A DNA stretch of 60,421 nucleotides, the filler included, from Dugesia japonica (Eukaryota): NCBI GenBank assembly GCA_001938525.1. It is 4 parts of 4 records of this genome, joined end to end, with 100 filler letters (N's around TTAATTAATTAA, not from the genome) between each part and the next. Parts side by side here need not be neighbours in the genome. Positions count along the whole stretch, not along the records: positions 43,427 to 60,421 come from MQRL01643967.1; 3 more parts are not named here. One strand, given 5' to 3'. The position numbers were made by a program, and so were the translations under genes. Below are positions 52,747-60,421 of the stretch, piece after piece. Each line of letters opens with the position of its first letter. Within the stretch, counting starts at the first letter, position 1. Below the pieces are notes generated by a model. That model was not told where the DNA came from and made no database searches. It saw only the letters and a program-made list of their open reading frames with translations.

Positions 52747-53343
52747 ATGGAGAATAAAATATATCCTAGTTTACATGATGATTATACAATCCTAGATTTA
52801 AAAAATAAACTTGCTTTATCTAGAATTAAAGATTTTGAAAATGATCTTTATTATATTAAAGATAAAATTAAACATTATAAGAAATTAGAAAAAAGATGGA
52901 ATAGAATTGATTTTGGAATTAAATATACACAAATATTAGTTTCAGCTGGAATTGGAATAGCCGGAATTGTATTAATTACTCCGGTTGGAATTGCACTAAC
53001 AACAATTGGAATACCAGTGATTACTGGTGCAATTTCAGTTTTACCTGTAATTGGAACATTAAATACTTCATTTGTTAAATCCAGAAAAGAAAGATATTCA
53101 AAATTAATANNNNNNNNNNNNNNNNNNNNNNNNNNNNNNNNNNNNNNNNNNNNNNNNNNNNNNNNNNNNNNNNNNNNNNNNNNNNNNNNNNTAATGATTT
53201 CAAAGAAAATGGTGAATGATGTACATGAATTAATATCAAATCAAAAACAAGAAAAAAGTAAATATGATGATAATAATTTAAAATTGTTACTTGAAAATCA
53301 AAATAAAGTTATTAATGAAATGAAGATGAAACTTGGAATATAA
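52747..53343 (+). CDS. Polinton/adintovirus hydrophobic membrane protein (gasderminX-like)
   Basis: IYPSL N-terminus, amphipathic helix and a long Gly-rich hydrophobic hairpin (SAGIGIAGIVLITPVGIAL..GIPVITG). Confidence 0.7.
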   Translation: MENKIYPSLHDDYTILDLKNKLALSRIKDFENDLYYIKDKIKHYKKLEKRWNRIDFGIKYTQILVSAGIGIAGIVLITPVGIALTTIGIPVITGAISVLPVIGTLNTSFVKSRKERYSKLIXXXXXXXXXXXXXXXXXXXXXXXXXXXXMISKKMVNDVHELISNQKQEKSKYDDNNLKLLLENQNKVINEMKMKLGI

Positions 53344-53387
53344 ATTTTTCTGAAACCTAACCGTATGATTAAAAAAAATATCTTAAA

Positions 53388-53669
53388 ATGACAACAGAAA
53401 ATCCTACATTTACAGTTGAAAACATTAAAACTCTTGAAGATATTTATAGACATTTTGTTTATATAGAAAAACATCCTTCATGTAAAGAAAATATTGAAAC
53501 ATATATTGAATATAGAAGAAATAATCCTATTTTTCCACATGATAACATTAAAATTCTTGAAGATATAGAAAAATATATAAATTTTAGAGATGAAAATCCC
53601 AGTGTTTCACTTAAAGAAATAAAAAATATATTAATTATAAAAAAAATGCTCGTCGTGAGCGTTTACTGA
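53388..53669 (+). CDS. Small hypothetical protein with an internal repeat
   Basis: 93-aa ORF with ENIKTLEDI / DNIKILEDI and YIEYRRNNP / YINFRDENP repeats, preceded by the shared upstream motif. Confidence 0.6.
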   Translation: MTTENPTFTVENIKTLEDIYRHFVYIEKHPSCKENIETYIEYRRNNPIFPHDNIKILEDIEKYINFRDENPSVSLKEIKNILIIKKMLVVSVY

Positions 53670-53872
53670 AATTCTGAAATTGAAACTGAAATATAAAATA
53701 TAAAAACTGGCTCACCGGTGAGCCTGAAATCTAAAATATTAAAATATTAAATATAATATAAAATTGTTACTAGAAAATCAAAATAAAGTTATTAATGACT
53801 AAAAAAGAATATAAATATCCATAAAGGAAGAAACCTGAAACCTAACTGTATGATTAAAAAAATATCTTAAAA

Positions 53873-55227
53873 ATGAATGAGATTTTTTATGAATTAAATG
53901 TACTTATAAAATTAGTTTATCAAAAAACATGTGGACATGTTGATTTTTACTATCACGAATTTTTAAAAAACTTAATATATAGTAAATTAATATTTGAATA
54001 TATGAATGATAATAATTGTGATTCTGCTGATGCTAAGGATTCTATGTATAATATAATGGATTTATATGATAAGATGTTAGAGGATTTTGATTTTAAATAT
54101 AAACCTAAAATTGAAATATTAAATTCTGAATCTGAATCTGAAAATGAATCTGAAATATTAAATGTAAAACCTAAAACATCTAAAAAACAAAATTTTAGGA
54201 CATACTCACTTTTGAAACCTGGGACTGAAATGATAAATTCTGAATCTGAAGATGAAAATGAAAATGAAATTGAAGAATATGAAAATAAAAATGAAATTAA
54301 AACTGAGACATATATAATATTAAATTCTGAACCTGAATCTGAAATAATTCCAGTGAAAATTAAAAATATAAAATTTAAAGATGATGATGATAAAATGATA
54401 AATTCTGAATATAAAATTGAAGAATATAAAATTGAAAATGAAATTTCACCTGAAATATTAGAATATGAACCTGAAATCCTAAAAACTGGCTCACTGGTGA
54501 GCCAGGAAATTGAAATATTAGAATATGAATCTGAAATTGAAAAAATAAAAATGAAATTTAAAGATGATGATGAATCTGAAACTGAATATGAACCTGAAAT
54601 CCTAAAAACTGGCTCACCGGTGAGCCAGAAAATTGAAATATTTGAATCTGAATCTAAAATAATAATACCTGAATATGTAAATAATAATCGAGAAATAATA
54701 GATTTAAATAATGATGAAACAAAAAAATTCAAGAAGGTAAAATCAAAAGATCTAAAATTTCAAATATAACATTTAAAGAAGAACTTTTAAAATCAATAAA
54801 TGTTAACAATGAAATAAGTTTAGATAAAATAGAAACTATGAAACATAAAGAATATGTTTCTTTAACCATAAATAAAAATCGTGAAGATTTAATACAAAAT
54901 ATAAAAAAATATCAAGTTTGAGTGACAAGATCTAATCAAGTAAAATTAATTTGTTATGCTCAAATAGGAACATTTCTTATGTATTTAAAACATGATTTTA
55001 CAAAAAATAATGGAAAGTTTAAAGTTGAAGATTTTTTAAATTATTTGAGTGGATATGAAATTAATTATGATAAAAGTTATATAAATAAATTAATTAGATT
55101 TGCTTTAATAGTTGATAGATGGAGTGAAATTGTTTATAGTACTTTTTCATTTAAAAAAATTACAAATAATTTAAAAGAAATTGAAGAAATCATTGGAATT
55201 GGAAATAAAATAGAACAAGATATATAA
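53873..55227 (+). CDS. Acidic repetitive hypothetical protein, probably continuing into the 54922-55227 ORF
   Basis: 298-aa ORF rich in ESE and EPEILKTGS repeats, followed closely by a 101-aa ORF that lacks an ATG start. Confidence 0.55.
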
Positions 55228-55326
55228 ATTCGTTTCGCGCGCGACCAATTTTAGAATAATAAACTAAAATATTAAATATTAAACTTAAAACTGAAACTTA
55301 AAACTTAAAACTTAAAACTTAAAATA

Positions 55327-56095
55327 TTAGAATAAATCATCTAACAATTCATCAGTTTCCTTGTTAAGATAAAAATAATTATATTTAGTTTTCCAGTGAA
55401 GATTAACTTCATAATCATAATCTAACTTGTTATTNAAAATATTTGAAAATAATTCATAATAAACATTATTTTTATCAGTTTTATTTAATTTAAAGAAGAT
55501 GTAACAATTTTAATTATTACGTATAGAATTTTTATCTAAATCATAATATGTTTGAGAAATATATATCACATTACAATTTGAATGTCTTCCACGAGTGAAA
55601 TAACTTTTTTGAACTTGTTGATTCTTTTCATTAACAACATCATCGAAAATTATAAGATTTTTCTTGTCTTTTGAAAGTTTATCACATGAAATTATTTCAT
55701 CTGGTCGATTACTTAATATTACTTATATTTATTGTTCTAGATCTTCTAGTAACTAGTTTTTTTTCAATGAAATATTGTATAACTTGATATGGAGTAGTTA
55801 GATTGTTAGGTGTTATATTTTGTTTTTCAAATATTAAACTAATTTCTTCTTTTGACAAGCCATTTTCTAATCCAAGATATAACAATTGAATTTCAAATTG
55901 ATTAATTGTTGTAGAATAGATTATTAAATTGTCATAATCTAAAAAATCAGGAATCAATAACATTTTCATTAATAAAACATTTTTACCAGAACCTGAAGAA
56001 CCAATTATTAATAATCTAAAATTATTTGGAAGGATTTTATTATTAAATTTTGTAATATTCTTATTCCAGATAAATACACTGCTTTTTTCAGACAT
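55327..56095 (-). CDS. A32/FtsK-like packaging ATPase (frameshift near 55710)
   Basis: Walker A LIIGSSGSGKN. The downstream frame gives Walker B LIIFDD, FTRGRHSN, YISQ and IRNN, ending at TAA 55329-27. Confidence 0.93.
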
Positions 56096-56103
56096 TTATT
56101 ATC

Positions 56104-57441
56104 TTAAAATATAGTTTTTTGAAGTTCACTTGTATAAAATCTACCAAGTATCTTGCCACCATTAATATTTGAAATTCTAAATGTAAATGGTTCAGTTTTA
56201 CCATTTCCAAGTATTTTGTTAATAATATAAATTTTTTTAGACCATTTTAAAGTATAACTTTTTTCAAATAACTTTTGTTGTTTAAAAATTCTAACTCTAT
56301 CACCAATTTTAAATTTTAATTTTTCAGAGAAAGATTCTACAGGTTTAATTTCAATATTTTCAGGATTAATACTTGCATTTTTAGGTGAAATATTAATACT
56401 AGAATGTTTAGTATTATTATAATTATTAACAATTTTATCTAATAATTCTTGTGTGATATCTTGATTTCCAACGGCAGTAAAATGTTTAAAAAGCTTATTT
56501 TTAAATGTTCGGTTGAATCTTTCGATTACAACAGCTTTACCTTGATTTTCAGTAGAATAGATTTCAATATTATTTTCATTACAAAAAGATTTAAAATCTT
56601 TATTATAAAATTCTAAACCATGATCAACCCATAATTTCAATGGCATTCTAAAACTTTTATCAAGAATTTTAATAAAAGCATTTTTAACTGATTTTCCAGA
56701 TTTATCATTACAGAGTTCAATGAAAGCAAATCTTGTGCAGAGATCTATAACTGTTAATATTACTATTTTCTTGTGAAATATTAAATCTGCTGACCAAATT
56801 TCATCTTTATAATTAACAATTACTTTTAATAAATGTTTAGGTTTTCTATATTCTTAATGAAGTTCGTCTGCTAAAATATAATTTTTATCACCAATTTCTG
56901 ATAATATTTGATTTAATTTAAGTTTATTCTTTTCTTCTTTAGTTTTAATTTTTAATTTATTTTTTGATAATATTGATTTTCCTATCATAATTTTACCTTT
57001 CATAGCTAATTTTACTAGTGATCTTTGAAATTTTTCAGTTCTACTTGGATCCTTAATATTATTAAGATCATGAATTAAATTAACATCAGCAATATGACGA
57101 TCGCGTATGTTTTCAGAAATATACGCAATATCATGTTTTAATGCTGCTGCATCAATTTGATTAATTGGTTCTTCACCTGGCAATGGATTATTATCAGAAT
57201 CTAATCTAATATCTAATCTTGTTCCAGGTCCAGTGTAATTATGTTTAAATAAATGACGTTCACCTGGATATTTTTCTGTTGTAATTGGTTTTAATAATTT
57301 AGATATTACTGTTGAATTTTGAAGATCACCACCTATCCTTTTATGTTCTTTGTTGATACATAAATTTAAATGTCTAGATTTATTATTTTTTAATAATATT
57401 TTACCACAATAATCACATATAAAATTCTTTTTAGAGGACAT
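56104..57441 (-). CDS. Zinc finger-parvoviral-type PLA2-retroviral-like (rve) integrase fusion with one in-frame TAA at 56856-56854
   Basis: One continuous reading frame: CDYC..H..C, NYTGPG..D.AALKHDIAY..AD (PLA2), LADELH*EYRK, IWSAD, VID..TRFA, LWVDHGLEF, VIERFNRT (DDE), FKIGDRVRI. Confidence 0.9.
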
Positions 57442-57463
57442 TTCTATTTATTATATTTAACAT

Positions 57464-58728
57464 TTAACCTTTAACATTTTCAACAATAACAACTTTACAA
57501 TTAGCAAGTTTCATTTCAACATGTTTTTCTTCAAGAATACACCAATGAANNNNNNNNNNNNNNNNNNNATCTTTATTAATTTTAATTGTAACATCAACAT
57601 TATTAACATTCATTTTATCATCATGTGCACTGATATCAAAACAGAACATTGAATATAAATTTCCAAAATCTATTAATGATAATTCAGGTTCAATAAAAAA
57701 TTATAACAACAATTTACATAATTTAAATATGGCTGTGCCATTTCATTATTTGACATGTTAAATTTACATTCATTTGCAGGATAATTTGTATTATTTAATT
57801 GAAGTTGTATTCCTTTTAAATAAGAATGTTTTGTTTCAGCAACTGCTGGTGTTATTGAAGTTTTTTGAATAAATAAATTATCATTAGTTTGAAATGAAGA
57901 ATCTGATTTTTTAAAACAAATTAATATAAATCTAGGTTGATATGCTAAACTTGCAATTTTAATTGAATAAAATCCACCAGTTTCTAAATTAGTTTTACCG
58001 GTTATTCTGTTCAAATATGAAACTTTAATTGGTTTATTTGTAGATATTCTATCCAACATTAATATTTCAGATTGAGGTAATAATCTAACTTCTGGAATAT
58101 GAAATTCTAATGTTTCTAATGAAAAACTAGCTTTTGTTGCCGCTTCACCAAAAAATAATAATTTATCTTCAATCTGACGATTACATCTAAGTTCTATACT
58201 TGTATTATATAAATATCTATTATAATTTTGCATAAATCCAAATAAATTTTTTAATGGAAAGTAACCTTCAAATTTTTCTTTTTTATATAATTTTTTCCTG
58301 GTATCATAACCAGTATTATTAAAATCTCCAGCATCAACATCTGGAATCCAACCTGATAATTGTCCATATTCTTTTTTAGTTGTTTCAGTTGAAAATATAA
58401 AATTTAACATNNNNNNNNNNNNNNNNNNNNNNNNNNNNNNNNNNNNNNNNNNNNNNNNNNNNNNNNNNNNNNNNNNNNNNNNNNNNNNNNNNNNNNNNNN
58501 NNNNNNNNNNNNNNNNNNNNNNNNNNNNNNNNCTTCTGTTATAATTTTAAATCTAAAATATAATAATGAATTGCAAATATCTAATGGATTTGTAGATTGT
58601 AAACTTTGAAATACAATATCACCAGATGCATTTAATTTGCTTAATGTTCCAGCTGAAGGTGAAATTACTAATGTATCATTTTTAATTGCTACATGTTGAA
58701 ATTGAATATTATTATCTAAATCCGTCAT
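57464..58728 (-). CDS. Major capsid protein (double jelly-roll, hexon/PY); frameshift near 57695
   Basis: PLKNLFGF..Y, LRCNR, HIPEVRL, PRFILICF, LNNTNYP, Y..Y..F, then MFCFDISAH in the next frame. Confidence 0.85.
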
Positions 58729-58744
58729 TTCTTAAAGTAATAAA

Positions 58745-58888
58745 TTAACATTTAGCTGCATAAATTCTTTTAATCTTTTTTTCAAATTCTTTTGGTACTT
58801 TGACACGAGTCATTGTTTCAGTTAATTCTTTTCCATAATATTTTGTTATTTTACTAATATCATCATATTCTAGAATTTTATTATTCAT
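58745..58888 (-). CDS. 47-aa ORF paralogous to the C-terminus of the upstream 211-aa ORF
   Basis: MNNKILEYDDISKITKYYGKELTETMTRVKVPKEFEKKIKRIYAAKC versus NKVISHEDCVKMSKEITESVLKFPETMTRIKVPEEFENKVNRVYAGK. Confidence 0.7.
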   Translation of the reverse strand: MNNKILEYDDISKITKYYGKELTETMTRVKVPKEFEKKIKRIYAAKC

Positions 58889-58904
58889 TTATTAAAGAAA
58901 TATT

Positions 58905-59540
58905 TTAAGATTTAGGTTTAGGTTTAGAATCTTTAATTACAATTGAATCTTGTTTACCTTTACCTGCATACACTCGATTAACCTTATTTTCAAATTCTTC
59001 TGGAACTTTAATACGAGTCATTGTTTCAGGAAATTTTAGTACAGATTCTGTTATTTCTTTTGACATTTTTACACAATCTTCATGTGAAATAACTTTATTT
59101 TCATTTTTAATAATTGTTAATTTTAAACCAGGATGTTCTATATGTTTTGGTTTTTGTGGTCTATTTAATTCTACTCTTAATTTATTAACTTCATCTCTTT
59201 CTTTTTGATAATCAATTTCTAATTGTTTAATTATTTCTCTATTTCTTTTATCATGATAATTCATGTCATTTATTATTATACTTTTACAATCCGATTCACA
59301 AAATTTAGTTACCATAATAGTCATTATAACTTTAAAAACTTTACATTTTTCAGTATCTTTACAATTTTCAACCTGATCATAAATTGATTTTAACATATCA
59401 TAATAATATGTTGCAGATTCCTTTGTAAGTTCATAATTTCTAAAACATTCAATTTCATCAATAGATAATTTTTTTGAACCTAAAATATTAGTAATAGTGT
59501 TGAATAAAGTATTTAATGTCATAACTTGTTTATCCTCCAT
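58905..59540 (-). CDS. Polinton hypothetical protein
   Basis: 211-aa open ORF with a coiled-coil segment. Confidence 0.7.
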   Translation of the reverse strand: MEDKQVMTLNTLFNTITNILGSKKLSIDEIECFRNYELTKESATYYYDMLKSIYDQVENCKDTEKCKVFKVIMTIMVTKFCESDCKSIIINDMNYHDKRNREIIKQLEIDYQKERDEVNKLRVELNRPQKPKHIEHPGLKLTIIKNENKVISHEDCVKMSKEITESVLKFPETMTRIKVPEEFENKVNRVYAGKGKQDSIVIKDSKPKPKS

Positions 59541-59628
59541 TTTCTATATATAAAATTTAGTTTATTACAATACGATACGATCATACAATACAATACGATA
59601 CAATATTTTAAAAATTTATCTTATAAAA
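59541..59628. promoter_or_regulatory. Divergent promoter with (TACRA)n repeats
   Basis: Lies between head-to-head ORFs. Contains TACAATACGATACGAT..TACAATACAATACGATACAAT and a TATATA near the left start. Confidence 0.45.
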
Positions 59629-59937
59629 ATGAATGATAGTACTTTTTATAATATGTTAAAAGATTATGATTTTATTAAAAATTCTGTTATAAGTTTTTGT
59701 AGAGAAAATAATGTAAATGAACAAACAATAAGAAAATATTTAAGGAAATATAATATTCCTTATAATAGAAAAAATATTTCATTATTACCAAAAAGAGATG
59801 TTACAGGAAATTTTCAATCTTTAGAGAAAAGATTTAATATAAAAATTGTAGAAAGCAAACCAAAAATATGTTATTCAAAAATGAATAATGATGAATTTAA
59901 AAATCATATTACTTTTATTACAAATTTCACAGAATAA
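59629..59937 (+). CDS. Helix-turn-helix protein
   Basis: SVISFCRENNVNEQTIRKYLRKYNIP HTH pattern in a 102-aa ORF. Confidence 0.7.
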   Translation: MNDSTFYNMLKDYDFIKNSVISFCRENNVNEQTIRKYLRKYNIPYNRKNISLLPKRDVTGNFQSLEKRFNIKIVESKPKICYSKMNNDEFKNHITFITNFTE

Positions 59938-59994
59938 TGGGAAAATCATTTTAACCATAAGCCATTTTCAGATTCTAGATTTAATATTTAAAAT

Positions 59995-60312
59995 TTAATA
60001 TTTAAAATATTTTGTAACAATTTGTTTAATTTCTTTTTTAAAAACATCAATTTCTCTGACAGGTTCATATATTTCATCAACATTTAATTTCATTTTAACT
60101 TTACTATTTAATAAATAAGTTATTTCATGATCTCTATAAATTTTTAAAATATCTCTAATTTCAGGATCAAAATCAAGTGTTTCTTCACCAGGTAACTGTT
60201 TAAAATTAAATTTAATAACTTTTTGTTTATGTTTTAAAGAATTAAAATGAGTTCTTGCATGATTTTGATGTAAAAATCTTTTATTACAAATTTCACAGAA
60301 TAATGGATTCAT
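59995..60312 (-). CDS. Truncated copy of the PolB N-terminus (C2H2 finger) inside the right TIR
   Basis: The first 104 aa are identical to PolB except for 2 residues, followed by Tyr and a stop. Confidence 0.7.
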   Translation of the reverse strand: MNPLFCEICNKRFLHQNHARTHFNSLKHKQKVIKFNFKQLPGEETLDFDPEIRDILKIYRDHEITYLLNSKVKMKLNVDEIYEPVREIDVFKKEIKQIVTKYFKY

Positions 60313-60421
60313 TTTTATATATAAATATTTAATAATACAGTTTTAGATTTTAGATTTTTCATATGGATTCGGACAATAATATTTAAAATTTAATATTCGT
60401 GACTGACATAAAAACATTTAA
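60000..60421 (-). repeat. Right TIR of the Polinton (runs off the window)
   Basis: Reverse complement of 43553-43974. Confidence 0.95.

Larger units (their letters stand above)
43427..60421. mobile_element. Polinton/Maverick (adintovirus-like) endogenous virus, about 17 kb, partly decayed
   Basis: Long TIRs plus pPolB, rve integrase, A32/FtsK ATPase, adenain protease, major and minor capsid genes in two convergent blocks. Outer termini and TSD are not visible. Confidence 0.96.

Noticed and set aside
53953-54732. 259-aa minus-strand Ser/Ile/Phe-rich ORF
   Set aside because: Antisense shadow of the repetitive acidic ORF.

Overview
AT-rich eukaryotic (probably invertebrate animal) scaffold with short 45-52 nt introns, N-gaps and three artificial 100-bp contig linkers (N44-TTAATTAATTAA-N44). 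Bases 1-43,300 hold two intact host genes (LENG1-like and a DNAJA/Hsp40 co-chaperone), one orphan VWA (CLCA-like) exon, and many decayed transposons: four Ty3/gypsy remnants, two mariners, a piggyBac, a restriction-like-endonuclease non-LTR fragment and several MITEs. Bases ~43,430-60,421 are an almost complete ~17 kb Polinton/Maverick (adintovirus-like) endogenous virus. It has long TIRs, protein-primed PolB, pX-like protein, penton, adenain protease, fibre-like repeat protein, packaging ATPase, a ZnF-PLA2-integrase fusion and a major capsid protein, and several genes carry frameshifts or stops. The most striking observation is a ~200-aa Ser-start, Lys-Asn-end mini-intein (46700-47299) inserted in catalytic motif C (YTD|TDC) of the Polinton PolB. 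Its site and splicing motifs resemble the PolB inteins of giant viruses (Mimivirus type), which suggests a protein-splicing element carried into an animal genome by an endogenous virus. The element's ends and host junctions are not visible in this window.
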